64,000 bases of DNA from Eledone cirrhosa (GCA_964016885.1 OZ024740.1:301692001-301756000), one strand, 5' to 3'; numbered from the stretch's first letter, positions 14,856-29,605 are shown. Numbers and translations: made by a program. Notes: a model not told the origin generated them from the letters alone.

Positions 14856-17479
14856 TGTTATATATATGTGTGTGTGTACATACATATGGGTATATGTGTG
14901 AGTAACTCAGTTGTTGAACAATACGAGATTAGTATATTCAATACCCACAGCTCTAATAGATGTACTGATCTCAATACGATCGACTAATTCGATTTAATTA
15001 GGTATTCCAACCTGTTCCTGTCAAAGGATTAAATTCCCTAAGAGAAATAATAGAAAATTATCATCATTGAGAGCTTGTTATAGATGTTATTCCTATGATT
15101 TTTATAAAATATAAATTTGGAGCAGAATCACTCTTATATGTGCAAGCAGAGTCATAAACACAACTCCATCCCTCGAACGCTAGTCTACCACCTCCTTCGG
15201 CAGCAATGCTATATTCTAAGCCCCATTCATTGCCAAAGCAAATTACAATCTCGGGTATTTTTCCGATTCTCTGAAACACTGGGATTGTTAAACATTGATT
15301 CATATACCCTGATTATTAAACACTGATCATTCGTTGATCCGTTATCTCTCGACGTTTGTCTGATAGTCCTATGACAAAATATGTGTACTCTGGTATCTTT
15401 GGTTTCTGGCTACCCACGTTGTCCTATGTAATGCCTGATACACTGTTTTTCATCAGAAGTTTGTTCAACGTTTAATTGTAAGTCCCATACCACCAATGAA
15501 GCCGCCAAAATGCAACAGACCAGCAGATAATTGTATTGTGAGTTAACTATCCAGTGTAACACAATGGATACAGCGCCACTTTGCAGTTGCAACATTGGAG
15601 CTTTATCTCACGAAGATCGAGAGCAAGCCGCAAAGAGGATGCATTCTCAATGATAGATACACAGGAGAGTTTAGTTTGTGACCATGTTTGAGAAAAATAT
15701 GTATGGAAAACAATATTTAACCACGCAGCAATTGCCGTTCTTATTGCCAACCTTCTTGGTCAAGAAAATAGTAACTAGTAATATAGCTTGACACCAGTCA
15801 CATAGTCGACGGTGGGCGAATGGCGTTTGGAAATAAACTGAAATGAGGTTATCTGTATGATTTACTCATGAAACGTTTCTGGAGATAAGGTATGGTTGCA
15901 ATTAATGAAGATTTGAACTGAGGGTATGAATTTTTTAGATTGACTGTCCTCATGGATTATTAGTTCTAGATTTAAGAGACTAGCACATGCGTTCAAACCT
16001 GTCAATAGAAACATATCACACGTATATATATGCTTAGCAGCACAAGAAGTCCAGGAAACGTTCCTGTCCATCAAATAGTTTTTTTGCAATACGAGACCAA
16101 ATGTTTGAGATGCATGCATTGACGAGATCCGCTAGTGGTGAGAGCAAGTTCACCTCATCATTCCAATTAAGTAAACAATAATTTCCCCTTGCCCGTGAAT
16201 GTACTAAACCACAACCATCTCACATCGCGACTGCCCCCAAAGTAACCGTCTCCACTTTCTCCCCACTTAAACCATTCTAGCGTCTTACATCTCAATTCGT
16301 CCGAATCTTTGGTTCTGACATATCCTATTCTTCTCCCAACACATTCATCTCTGATTTTAAATTCTGTGATGCCTTTCCATACTTCTTCCTCACTCCACAT
16401 TCAGATTACACATGACTCCTTTCCATACACCCGTTTGCATTTCCATACCTTTCCCATCAAATATTATTTCGTAAACACAAAACACATACACACTCATCCA
16501 CAATCCTCCTTCTAACAAATGTACACTGAAGAACAAACATTGCATTCATATATCTCAAAACACACACGTTGATATCAATACAAATATTCACTCTTCGATC
16601 CCTATGTATAACCTCTGAAGCAAACACACACATAAATACCCACAGAAGGTGAAGAATCATACACACGTAGAAATCTGTTCATGCCAATTCGATAGGCTCT
16701 ACAAAGAAACATTTATCATTGATCTCTTCCTACATTTATACATACATGGATCGACGTTTACTATATGTATATGGGAATATGTATGCAGTATATAACTCTA
16801 TATTATATATATATTTAAATATAGTTTTTTGCGTTTTGTTCTGTGTATGTTTGTAGCTGGCAAACTTAACAACGCCAATTGTAGGTGTGCTCTCATATGT
16901 GCGTGTGAATATACACATATAGACACTGACCATGACACATATACACAACAGGTGACTCTTTGACACGGCCTGATACATGTCGGACGTCAATACCTTCATA
17001 CCTATGTACCGACTAACAAACAAATACCCATACCTACATACGTCCACATGTAAACAATTACAGGCACATATATTAAAAGAAAAATACAGAATTGTTCAAT
17101 TCTCTTATATCTAAGATACATTCTGACCAGTTCTTCTCTGAAATACCTGACTATATACACACGTGCTTTCCTCCCGAAAATTAAGAACTCTCTTCTCTTT
17201 CTTCCTCTTATCACTCTCGCCTATATTTATAGTTCTTTCAGTCTCTCTTCTGATGAAATATTTATTTCCACAAGGATACAAATATGTTTCTTACTTTATC
17301 AAACGATTAACTAATATATGTTACCATTGTGCTGTGTTCTGTGCTATTTTTACCCGCTGGCATTACGCGATTCGCAATCCAAACACATACCACACAGACA
17401 TACACACACACACATACACATACACATACACATACACATATACATACACAAACATACACACACACACATACACACACAT

Positions 17480-17543
<64 letters not shown>

Positions 17544-17547
17544 AAAT

Positions 17548-17951
17548 AATTAAGTCAAATATGTAAAATGTGGCTTCGTTTATGACAAATTATGGATATA
17601 CTGTTCGGTAACAGCGATCTTTGGCTGTAACCTCTTCAGGCAGTCCGAATTGGTGTGGGAAGGGCAGGTACACATGTTGTTGAAGTGTGTTTTACTCCGT
17701 CAATCCATCGATATGTCCAGTTCCTGGTAGTGTTTTTATTTCTCTGATGATTCCAGTTCCTAAGAGAAATAACAACACTACCAGGAGCTGGATATATCGA
17801 TGGATTGATGGAGTAAAACACACTTCAACAACATGTGTACCTGTCCTTCCCACACCAAATCGGACTGCCTAAAGAGGTCACAGCCAATATATATAGCAGT
17901 ATATCTATAATTTGTAATAAGCGAAGCCAAATTTTACATATTGACTTAATT
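17548..17951. repeat. Long foldback (~200-bp arms, ~17-nt loop) with a degenerate hammerhead in the left arm
   Basis: 17548-17745 versus 17763-17951 reverse complement; minus strand CTGAAGA-ggttacagc...gctgttacc-GAAC at 17598-17642. Confidence 0.85.
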
Positions 17952-18047
17952 AATTTACATTACTCTGGAGTAAACAAAGCAATTGGCGTACTTCGTCGAG
18001 TTCTCCAATCTGCATATTGAGATGTCGGTAAACAACCAACATATACT

Positions 18048-18077
<30 letters not shown>

Positions 18078-18085
<8 letters not shown>

Positions 18086-18295
18086 GTGAGGTTTGTTTTA
18101 CAAAATGAAAAATAACCGAGGTGTCCTACACGAGTGAAAGTATAAAGAAATAAGATGAAATCGAAAATGCCACTGGAGTCTTATTTTTAAAAAAATATAT
18201 ATATTTATTTGGTTACTTTACCGGTTTCGCAGTTCTTCTGCTTTTCAAAAGTAGAGTTGAGATGGAGGGTCTGTGGTTTTTCTCACATCTGTGAC
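18078..18295 (-). mobile_element. PLE-type terminal repeat with U3-A8 hammerhead variant (18214-18253)
   Basis: tactt-TTGAAAA-gcag-aagaa-ctgc-GAAA-ccgg-ta-aagta; second copy at 26258-26502; both abut (TA)n. Confidence 0.7.
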
Positions 18296-20699
18296 TCAAT
18301 GAGTTAATTTTCTGGATTTACGAATAACTGGGCATGTAATGAACGATTTCGCCTTGAATAGAATGATATTGATGAGCATGTGTTTTTATGTGTATAATTG
18401 TGTACTGAAATGCTTATGTATTTCTTGGAGTGCACGACATATATCCTTTTTTAAATGTAGAGACAAATTACATGTCACTGTTGTAACTGAATTGCGTGTT
18501 TTGATTAATGTTCACTATGAAAACAAAACGAGGAAATTATTCTCTGATAATTGATATTAATCCAATTTCTGTGATCATTAATTTCTGCGTCTATATAATG
18601 CAAATATAACCACGTTAACGCATTTGAAAAACAAAATTCAACCTAATGAGTGCAACATCATACATCTATTTTAAAATTCATAGGTAATGGGTAGAAAAAA
18701 TATACTTCGGATGTGAGGGCGCTGGTGGTGAGGAATTAACATCTCTTTACGAAGGATAGAAATATAAGCAAGAAATATAAACACGTACAGCATTCCATAA
18801 TCTATGCTTTCCATGTGAGATACCATATCGTTAATCACGTAGGTACCACAGCTTTTTCTGAGGTATTTATTTAAAAAGTAAATAGAATCTAAAGTATGAC
18901 TTCACTGCAAATGCTGATTCATTAACGGAATTCAAGTTTTATTGAATGTCTTCAGGAATCAGTTAAATAATTCTATTACGCTTAAATTAATGTCACTTAT
19001 AAAACGTTATTTTTCTGAAAATCAATTGGCTGCTGAAATTACTGACGACATTTTACTGGCATTTAGTTTTTGTTTGTTCTCTATAATACCACTTAATTCT
19101 GAACTTATGTTGAGTGAATAAAACATAGTGAAAGATTCTGGTGGATCGCAACTGCAACACACTTTCTCTTCTATGTAGAATTCATGTTCTTTAAGTTTGT
19201 AATTATATGTTATTAACACATTATGCTCATTTCATCGCTTTTAAAACTTGACGTATTTTTTTACGGTATATTTACTGAAACTGTGAGTCTATCCACCGTG
19301 CTATGCTTAAAAGAGTTAAACAAGATATATATATATATATATCAATGTCAGTTAATGTGGTTCTCGTTTTTATGCAACAATCTTTTATGCAACTCTATCT
19401 TGACAATATTCATAATCAGGAGTATCATCAACACATGCAAATCTACCTAAATGTGAAGGCATATATAATTTAACTCTAAACCTCCGGATATATCCCAATG
19501 GGTGTTTCAGGACATTGTCTTTATATGTTCATTCAAACCCCACCCACACGGCCAAATTCTACACAACTAAGACATCTCAACGTTTCACATTCTTAGAGAT
19601 GGAATAACCTAAATATCCCACATAATTTAAATAATCGGGGTGTATTTATTCACATTTGGTATAATAACATACATTCATTCCATATCCTCTGAAATGTCAT
19701 TACTCCAAATGGCGACTAGGTTTTCAAACGTTTCGCAGTTACTCAATAAAAATAATGGCTTCACAAACATTTTTTTTTTTTTTATTATTAGTTGTTAAAG
19801 ATTTTTTTAAAAATACGAATGGAATTTTATTTTTTTATCTGTTATGCATAAAAATATTATGTCATCTATATTTTATATACAGGCGTTAAACAATAACGAA
19901 AAGTTTAAAATAAATTGAATAAAAGCAAAATTAATTAATGAAGAAATGGGACAACGGGTTAACAAGAGCTGATATCGCTGTATAGGAAAGGAAATGACTA
20001 TGAATGCAATAAAAAAAAAGAAATGGGGGCAATAAGGCAACGGAAAAAAGAAATGGGGCAATTAGACAACGGAAGAAATAAATGAGGAGGGGGATCGGAT
20101 GGCACACTTTTCACCTAGGTTGGCGTGGTGTATCGGTTGCGCCCCGTGGACAACACTGAAAAGGTGTTTCCGCGGACAATGAATGTAACTGTTAATAAAC
20201 ACCAATTACTTTTCTTAGCTATAATAACTGTAGTCTCAAGGAAATTATCGATCATATTCTTTCATGCAGATTGAGGTTCAGTGAAGATCTGTTCTCACAC
20301 AAACTCTTCATCTAATCTATCACCAATAAAAGCTAGGTGATAGGGAAACTTTCGCGTGATATTAAGACGTCTTTCGAATGTGTCCGGCACTTAACACAGT
20401 TGTCTATACACATTTTCCATAAGGCACTTGTATTTTCAACTGGTTCTTTTATCGCAACATATGTTCTCAGGTATTTAGTGTAATATACATTTTCATGCAC
20501 ATTAATAAAGGTTTCACTGCAATATCTATCAGTACACGCCTCTAGACAGAAGACACAGCATTTACATATTACGGACATCCACAGCCCATCAATAATCATT
20601 ATTTAATCCCATAAAACCTTACCATTATATGACGAATTTGCATTGATTTTAAAATTATTAACCTAAAAAATATTCTCAGCAGAGCTCATCTGCTAACGA

Positions 20700-22674
20700 A
20701 GGAATCGCAGGAGGCTGATAGCGACATGGCCATCGGATATGATGGTTAGTTTCGATACAACCTGGCGAATAAAGAGGCCCAGACCAGCAATAGTAAATCA
20801 CTAGGGGAGATTGAGCAAGAAAGGTCTCATAAAATAGTGATGTAGGTACGATGAGATGAGTAAAGTCCGCGTCTAAAGAGCATAGTTTTTCTACGTTTGA
20901 GAAAAGTACCATCTTCGTGAGTGGCGTGTACATGACCCCGAAAATACTGCCATATAATTAGATGCAATAAACGTATTTATATCGTATAATGTTTTACGCG
21001 GGGTATGAAAGGACGCATTCAGAATTTAGGTAGAGGGGACTGTTTGAAAACTATATTACTGTTTCCATCCAACACTGCAGCTGCTGGCAATTGGCCTGCG
21101 GCTGGTCATGGGAGCATGGACAACGTGACATACACTCACAGAAGTTGCAAAGAGGGTCCACAGGGGAGAATTTTTTAACAATTGTCAACTGGAACGTTAC
21201 AACCCTTATAGGTAAAGAGTAGGAATTAGTGGTGGAGGCCATGTGTTATTGGGTAGATATAGTCGAGGGTCTGTCAACAGCGTTCCGTGACACTGGTACT
21301 GTAGATATGGAGGGAACATGGAAACAGAATTATGGAGGTATTTTGCTATAAATAATTGTGGAGTGTGGATTCTCATGTTTCCGGCTGTCGGAATATATTA
21401 TGGACTGCACCTCATTGGCAGGAGGATTTGGTTCTTGAAGATTCGACTTCCAGAAACGCCTCTGTGAATGGTTAAAAAAATTGTTCAAAGATGTCATCCA
21501 AGCCAAGAAGGATGATTTCAAATCTTGGTATGGAAATAAGTCTTACTTTTTGTATTTGCGGTGTAAGCAAGGGCAATGTATATCAGAACGAATATAGTAA
21601 AGGCGTCATGACATCTTTCGATGTACGTGAAATGCTTCTGTGAGTGATGGCAATGCGCTAGGTGGTTGACGTCACCGGAGCAATTAAAAAGTTGAAATTG
21701 TAACCGATATGTTAAAATCTTTAAATGGCGAAGCTATTCTCTGCCTGATCCATGTGTGCCAGAAGACCTGCATCTCTAAAAGGAACCTAAATAATGGTTT
21801 ACTATATAGGCACAAGGCCAGTAATTTGAGGGGAGGGGAAAGTCGATAAAATCGACCCAGTGCGTGACTGGTACTTTATTTTATCGACCCATAAGGATGA
21901 AAGGCAAAGTTAACCTTGGCGGGATTTGAGCTCAGATCATAAAGAGCCGTAACTCTATGCTGCAAAGCATGGCGTCCGACCCTCTACCGATACTGCCAAT
22001 CCACCGCCCTGAAGGAACCTAAATAATGGAACATAGAAATGGTATTTCTAATTTTCAAGACGTGAGGCAAAAAGAATTTCTCTAATTATAGAAGTATCTC
22101 CTTGTAAAACCCACCCGTATAAGTCTAGGCTATGTGTCTTGCAAAGACAATTCAGGATATTGCCAAACATAAGCTAACTAAAGATCAGTGTGCTTTTCGA
22201 CACGAACGCAGCACAACCAGGCAAATAATCACACTGCGAAACGTCTTCGAGAAATCATAGGAATATTTACAAGCTGTGAATGCTTTTAGCAGTTGGGGAA
22301 GTTCCGGAATCAGGAGGTACGAGTAAAATCCAAAGTCTCTATTTTCAATTTGTTATTCGTACCGACCTTTACGTGTGGTTTTGAATTTTGGTTAATGGCC
22401 GCCAGAATACAATCGTGAAGACAAGCGGTGAAAATGAAGTACATTTAAGGGGTCTGTGGAGTTCTGAAGCACGGAAATCAAGTTGTCTCTGCAGGTATAG
22501 CTGCTACTTCTTCGAATGGAGAGATCGTAGCTCCGGTATTATGGGTATGTGGTTAGAATGTCTTAGTAAAGAAAGGCTCGACATATATTATGGACAAAAC
22601 CAACTGGCCGCAAACCATGGGTAGAGCCTGAGCAAGTTAGCTGGATAATATCCATGAGCTCGGCTGGTCCCGGA
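20700..22674 (+). mobile_element. Decayed, internally deleted RTE-clade LINE
   Basis: APE N-terminus IVNWNVTTLIGKE*ELVVEA...DIV at 21181; RT remnants SNYRSISL and QCAFRHERSTTRQIITLRNVFEK at ~22080-22255; many stops; 5' boundary approximate. Confidence 0.75.
21798..22011 (-). mobile_element. Full-length tRNA-derived SINE with 18-bp target-site duplication
   Basis: aaggaacctaaataatgg at 21780-21797 and 22012-22029 flanks the SINE. Confidence 0.92.
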
Positions 22675-22786
22675 GAAGAAGAAGAAGAAGAAGAAGAAGA
22701 AGAAGAAGAAGAAGAAGAAGAAGAAGAAGAAGAAGAAGAAGAAGAAGAAGAAGAAGAAGAAGAAGAAGAAGAAGAAGAAGAAGAGC

Positions 22787-22832
<46 letters not shown>
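22675..22832. repeat. (GAA)n-(CAA)n compound trinucleotide repeat
   Basis: Direct inspection; produces the spurious poly-E/Q, poly-S/C and poly-F/L ORFs. Confidence 0.98.
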
Positions 22833-23508
22833 CAAAGTACAATAAAAACAACAACAACAGCTACCTCGAAAATATAGTTTTCTACAACGGCAGAAACATT
22901 TCATATGTTAAGAGAACACATTTTCGACGAATCATATTTGCTCAACCTCGATAACTAACTTCCAAAGTTCCCTTAAGCTAAACTAGATCAAACGTTTTCC
23001 AGCATTATAATGTTCCTATTGAGTATGAACTTGAAAATCAAACTCACTTCAGATCTTAGTAAGTGCAATCTCTTATTAGTTCATGCAAAACACAGTCGTC
23101 AATCGAAACGCAAAAAAGATGATTTCCATCGAATTATCTTCCGCTTAAATACTAGAAAATATTCTAATCCAGATCGGTTTCTGACACCCATACAATTTAC
23201 GTGCGACTTAATGTCAACGCATAGATCAGAGACGGCACTGCAAGAAAACTCACAAACAACAAGCATACCTCTTTCTCCAATAATTTCCTTGGGGAACATT
23301 AAATTAAATTCATTCACCAACAGACTATAATCTATACTTTACAAATACATTTATTATCTCTGGTCACTTTCCTTTTACCCCCTTGGTCGTGGTGAAGGTG
23401 AAAGGGATGATAGGACGTGAGACGTGCATGTCGTATGACTAATGAAAATTGTGAAATAAGTGATTTTGATAAACATGATAGTTGGTGATGAAGTATCTTA
23501 AATGAATA

Positions 23509-23935
<427 letters not shown>

Positions 23936-24509
23936 TATTATATATATATATATATATATATTTGAAAAAAAGGAAAAGAATGACTTCACTTGTACTGTTA
24001 ATAAATTGTTTATGATTTAATGTTATAATATAATATTATAATAATATGAGTTGGTAGATCCAGTAAGTTCTGTGTTGACTAATTTCAGAAGGTAGTCGTA
24101 AACCTACTCTCCTGATGATTTTATTTCAGTAGCTGACCTTTGATGAGTTTATTATAGCAAAGATGAATTTAGGTGTTTCCCTCGGTTTTAATGAGGTGTA
24201 AGATATATGTCTTTTCATAAGAATGGGATGACAGGAAAAAGAGAAAAGAAGGATAGTTTGGGAATATTTGTCAATTATGTGTTGTTGATATTGGTCTGGG
24301 AGAGGGAGTGTGGGGGCGGACATGCTGGCTCACATATTCCCTTCCCTATATGTAAATGTATCTATGTCCATACATTCTTACTACATACAAACACATATCA
24401 ACGCATATATACATACATATATATATACATATATATATATGCATACACATACATACGCATACACACCCATACACATATATACACGCACACATACACATAC
24501 ACATACGCG

Positions 24510-25590
24510 TCCAGAGATACTCCATGAAGAACCGTAGACTGGAGAACTCTACGACGCTCGCCAATAAAATCTAGCAGCTTAAAATCAAAAACCAAGAATA
24601 TAGGATTACCTGGTCAAAATTATCGGTAACAAGGGCATACGCAACGGACTGTTCCACTGCGGACTTTGTAATTTAGAACTACTCCATATGTTAAGGTACG
24701 ATGGGATGCTGCTTAACACCAAAATAGAAAGATCAATTTTCTGTAGGCATAAAATAGCTACCAGCTTCACAAACTTCAAACTACCGTGATTCGAACCAGC
24801 AATCCCAACAGTAGACTGAACCACCTGGATTTTAGCATATGGAATAAACACCATCACACTGCTATTAGCTGTCAAACGGAGAACTGGTCACTAGATCATA
24901 AATCTCTGAATATCTCTTTCACCTTCTTTCCTTGAAACAGCATCAACCACATTAAGACTAGAAAACCAACAAAACATTTACCACACACGTTTGTCAAACC
25001 TCCCTTCACAATCCACCCCTAGCCCTTAAATCTTATACTTGTATCCCCCAATCATTCTCTAACTTATTGCTTTTTCTTTTTTCTTTTATCTGTCACTACA
25101 TCAGACTCTCTACACGTATCTATCTATACTTCGAATTTGGCTTTTCATCTTAGCACTAAACCCACCAAAGTATCCTTATAAGAACAATTACTCACAACCG
25201 TCACAAACATACTATGTACTTACATGCTCTCACTTATCCTTATTTCTTTCTTTATATTTTCCACTTTCTTATTTTCTTACTTTTTTAATGTATCCTATCT
25301 TATCTTTTACGTTTTACCTTTTACATCTGTAACTTCTCTACCTATTTACCATATACATTTTATTATTGATGTCATTGTTTTGAATATACGCTACTCTTCT
25401 ATATATATCTTACCTCCAGTGAATTATTTTTATGTCTACGTACTCTGATGTGTTGATCAGAGGAAAATAATGTATTGGAGATCGAGTGACGCAGCTTCAA
25501 GCTATTAGCGACTTCAAGACTCACCTGATCAATGAAACAATTGTCAGTACTTGAGATAAACCCCCCTATTGTACAGCCAATAATGTTACT

Positions 25591-25595
<5 letters not shown>
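24510..25595 (+). mobile_element. 5'-truncated PLE: GIY-YIG C-terminus, 3' UTR and hammerhead
   Basis: ENSTTLANKI*QLK...YRITWSKL / NGLFHCGLCNLELLHML...LLNTKIERSIFCRHK with a frameshift; HHR at 25440-25550; ends in (TA)n. Confidence 0.82.
25440..25550 (+). ncRNA. Type I hammerhead with 9-bp stem II and ~64-nt loop II
   Basis: gtact-CTGATGT-gttgatcag-(64 nt)-ctgatcaat-GAAA-caattg-tc-agtac. Confidence 0.75.
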
Positions 25596-25637
<42 letters not shown>

Positions 25638-25971
25638 CGAGTGTGGGTGTGTGTGGGGGGGGGGGGGGGTGTACGTGTGTGTGTGTGTGCATGTGTGTGC
25701 GTGTTTGTGTGTGTGTGCGTGTGTTTGCAAGAAAGGAAATAGCAAGAGGATACAGTAATATATAGTCGCACTACTTTCACACTTAAAAGAGAGAGATTGA
25801 GTTACGCAATCAACGTTTCGCGCATTTTCCCTTCATCTGGAAAAATAGCGTTCAGAGTGTAGAAAAAGATAGAATGCAAAAGGAAACATGCAAAGAAAAT
25901 AATATACACATTGTTATTGTTGGCTGCCATTCCTATTCACGATGCACTCTGTATTCAAATATTAATATATA

Positions 25972-26001
<30 letters not shown>

Positions 26002-26007
<6 letters not shown>

Positions 26008-26228
26008 AACGAGTAGGACCCCGACGGCTGAGCTCAAGCCGTTTCGACGGCTAATTCAGGACTAAAATAAAATTTTTTTTTTTTTTTAGTCCAGAATTAG
26101 CCGTCGAAACGGCTTGAGCTCAGCCGTCGGGGTCCTACTCGTTCCTATTACCCACTCTACTACCCTAAGTATTGAGTACTTTGGTCCGTTATGGTCCACC
26201 TGGTTCCTTACCACATTTCCTTCATTAT
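26002..26228. mobile_element. Palindromic non-autonomous element (~60-bp arms around an A/T loop)
   Basis: 26002-26062 versus 26087-26148 near-perfect reverse complement. Confidence 0.8.
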
Positions 26229-26257
26229 ATATATACACATATATATATATATATATA

Positions 26258-26502
26258 TATTAGAAAGTGAGGGATTTTTACAAAATGAAAAATAACCGGT
26301 GTCCTACACGAGTGAAAGTATAAAGAAAAAAAGATGAAATCGAAAATGCAACTGGAGTCTTATTTAAAAAATATATATATATATATTTATTTGGTTCCTT
26401 TACTGGTTTCGCAGTACTTCTGCTTTTCAAAAGTAGAGGTTAGATGGAGGGTCTGTGGTTTTTCTCACATCTGTGAGATGTGAGAAAAACCACAGACCTT
26501 CC
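26258..26502 (-). mobile_element. Second copy of the U3-A8 hammerhead repeat, with terminal foldback
   Basis: HHR motif at 26396-26435; hairpin at 26444-26502. Confidence 0.7.
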
Positions 26503-28369
26503 ATATATATATATGCATGTGGGTATGTGCGAAATAAAACCATAAATAGTACTATAAAACGTAACTAGTGAAAAGAGAAATGTGTTAGAACGTGCATTAA
26601 AAAGAATCACATCTGTTTCTGACATTACATCCTGTGAAATATATGTTGATAAAAAGTGTATTATCTGTTCAAGTTAACCGACATTTGATCAAAACAGATT
26701 CAATAATTTAGAGAAAAGTATACACAAATATGTTATAACTTATAATACTTTGAACCTGTAGATTGCAGTATACTTTCAAAGTTATTCAACGTTTTTAGAC
26801 CATGTGTATAATATGTGAATATCGGTGTCAAAGACTAATATGGTAATTCTGAGGCTATTTCCCTATTGGCTGTTGTCGGTAAGTGTGTAGCACATGTTAG
26901 TTTTGAACGGCTTAATAAATGAAAAGTGGCAAGTGACGTATGAGTCGCAATGTTGTTTTTGTGTCAAATGAGGAACTAGTGATATGTGTTTCACAATAAG
27001 ACAACTGCATGAACAAACCCTCACATTCTACCACCGATGTGTTGATCTAAGTAAGGAATTTCATACTGTTAAGAAGAACGCCTTGTGTTTGGTTTTATTA
27101 AAGTTTGGATGACATCAAATGCTGTCATGATCTACAATGCTTTCCAAAACTATAATGAAGGAGTATGACGACCCTGACCTTGTCATTCATACTGAATATG
27201 TATTGCAACTGACGAGTTCTGCATTTGAGTTCTGCATGTAATATCTATGGTATGTCTATGTCAAACTTGTGGTCACGTTGTGCAACAACATAAAATATAT
27301 GTGAAAGGAAATCTTCTTAAGTTTGTTGAATACTCCATATACATTGAGAGTGTAGTGATTATAGTTCGAACATTAGATTCAGGTATATATCTAAGGATTC
27401 AAAAGGCCTCGGAATGTTTAGTTAGTTGAGAGGCTTGGGTTTCGTCACAGATACATATCAAGTATGATACAAAAGTATCTGATTATATATCCTTTGTCTT
27501 ATCCTCTTCGGAAATTTGGACATGTTATAAATAACACTTTAGATACCAGGAACTATTCAATTAAACATTCTTACACCATATTTTGAAAATAAATTGGAAT
27601 TCATTCACTACTGACTCTGAAATTCTCCATATATCTGGCGTTTGAATAACTGTAGTGGTACCACTAAGCAAATGGTTTATGGGCAACATTCTCGAGGAAA
27701 AGGAGAATAATATACGTCAAAGAAAATCTTCAATGTTGCATTGAAAGTAAACTTGCAAAATGTAGGAATTGATTCGAGAAACCCAAAACATTTAACAGTG
27801 AAATATTCTATTTACGCCGTTACAAACAACTTTTAATTCCCTATTATTCCTCCGCATTTCCGTTCAATTCATTTTCTTTTTTGATTTGATAATTACCATT
27901 TTTTTTGTATTGTAGGAGAATGACATATTTAAGCATAAAATCATATTCTTTGAATCACAATATATGTCATAAAAATCTTAGATATTTACGCATAACTAAA
28001 TATATAGTATTTAGAAAACGTTTACTATTTTATAAATAAATTGTTCACTTGTAAATTAGTTAGGCTATTACAAATGCATTCACACTCATGCACGTTGGTG
28101 CACAACGTTTTCCATAAACCCATCTTAGGCTCAATGTCATTTAGAATACTTCCATCTCTACTTGTTTTATATACAACACATAAGCGATTCTTACATTAAA
28201 TACACAAGTATACTCTATACAATTTTATGTTGTGTAGGTTTTACTGTACGTAATTATTTAGATTTCTGCAAATGTACCCGCATACACAACACACACACAT
28301 AAGAAAGTGAAAAAGAGATAGACACAGCTACATAGATATATATGAATATATATATGTGTGCATTGATTG

Positions 28370-28436
<67 letters not shown>

Positions 28437-28441
<5 letters not shown>

Positions 28442-28621
28442 GTTTCTACTTTAGGCACAAGGCCAACAATTACCCAGTAGTTACTGGTACTTTATTTTAT
28501 CGACCCCGTAAGGATGAAAGGCAAAGTTAACCTCGGCGGGATTTGAACTCAAACCGTAAAGGGACGTAACTATGCTAGAAAGCATGGCGTCCAACACTCT
28601 ACCGATACTACCAATTCACCG
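28437..28621 (-). mobile_element. tRNA-derived SINE
   Basis: Reverse complement of the 10510 family. Confidence 0.88.
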
Positions 28622-29339
28622 TATAATAGGACCCCGATGGCTGAGCTCCGGTTCTTTCGACGGCTAGATCCGAACTAAGACATCAGTATTAGAACGGTGG
28701 AAATCTAGCTGAACTTAACAAAGGGTACAGTCCATATATAGGCATACATTCAAAACAATAAAACAAAAAAAAAAAACAGAAATATCTAAGCAAAACATCG
28801 TAAAATGTTGTTGTTTTTCTTGTCTGTCGCGAAGAGTGGTCAATGGAATGTCGTGCATATAGTTAAATCCATTCATAGTGGCGGAGGGCTCAACATGCCT
28901 CAAGAACAACGGGGATGGAGTAAGAAGGCAGTCTGACCTGTGGATGGCAAGCCAGTCAGGCGTTCACTCACGGCATTAAGAGCAAATTCTATACAATTAT
29001 CTTTCATTTATAGAAAGTGTTAACTTCGATTCAAAATATGTGCTTATTGAAGTTAACACTTCAATAAGCATATCTTTTCAGTGTGTAACAATAAAACAAT
29101 GTAGTAAGAAAGTTAAAGTTTAAGTTAACCCTAACCCTAACCCTACCTTAAGTATTGAGTACTCTGGTGCATTATAGTCCACCTGGTACCTTACCTCACC
29201 ATTTTTGTTATATATATATATATATATAATTGTTGTATTATTCTTTTATAATTATTGTCGCCTCCACTGATACTGACCACATCATCTTCGCTCTTTAAAT
29301 ATGACACTGTTAATGACAACAGTAATATTTACGTACCTT

Positions 29340-29596
29340 TACAATTGTTCTGTGGAATAGGAGGTTAATTATATGTCTAAACTTTGCTAGACCTCCAATG
29401 ATTCCAAACGAAATTTGGAAGAAACGATTGTCAGCAATAAAATGTGTTAAACATAGTTTTGATTATTCTCTAATTTATATTCTGGCTCTGTAAAACATCT
29501 GATGTAATTACGTTGAGCTATTTTTCTTACTGGTAATCAGGTGGAAATTACTGACCTTTCCTGTTTATAATTATATATAGTGTATATATAAGTATG

Positions 29597-29605
<9 letters not shown>
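29340..29605 (+). mobile_element. Third copy of the 9.7-10.5 kb PLE-type terminal repeat, degenerate hammerhead at 29390-29436
   Basis: Alignable by eye to 10230-10500. Confidence 0.7.

Noticed and set aside
17744-17770. CTGATGA...GAAA across the palindrome loop
   Set aside because: No credible stem II; GAAA arises from the inverted repeat itself
20271-20336. Plus-strand AG...GT exon-like segment
   Set aside because: Weak donor, stops in all frames, no other support
22563-22904. Poly-E/Q and poly-S/C ORFs
   Set aside because: Frames of a (GAA)n(CAA)n tract at the end of a LINE relic
25808-25842. Minus-strand CAGATGA-agggaaaatgcgc-GAAA-cgtt
   Set aside because: Probably a dead hammerhead, but core and stem II are both damaged, so not counted
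29126-29143. Telomere or interstitial telomeric site
   Set aside because: Only three TAACCC units, inside a dispersed repeat
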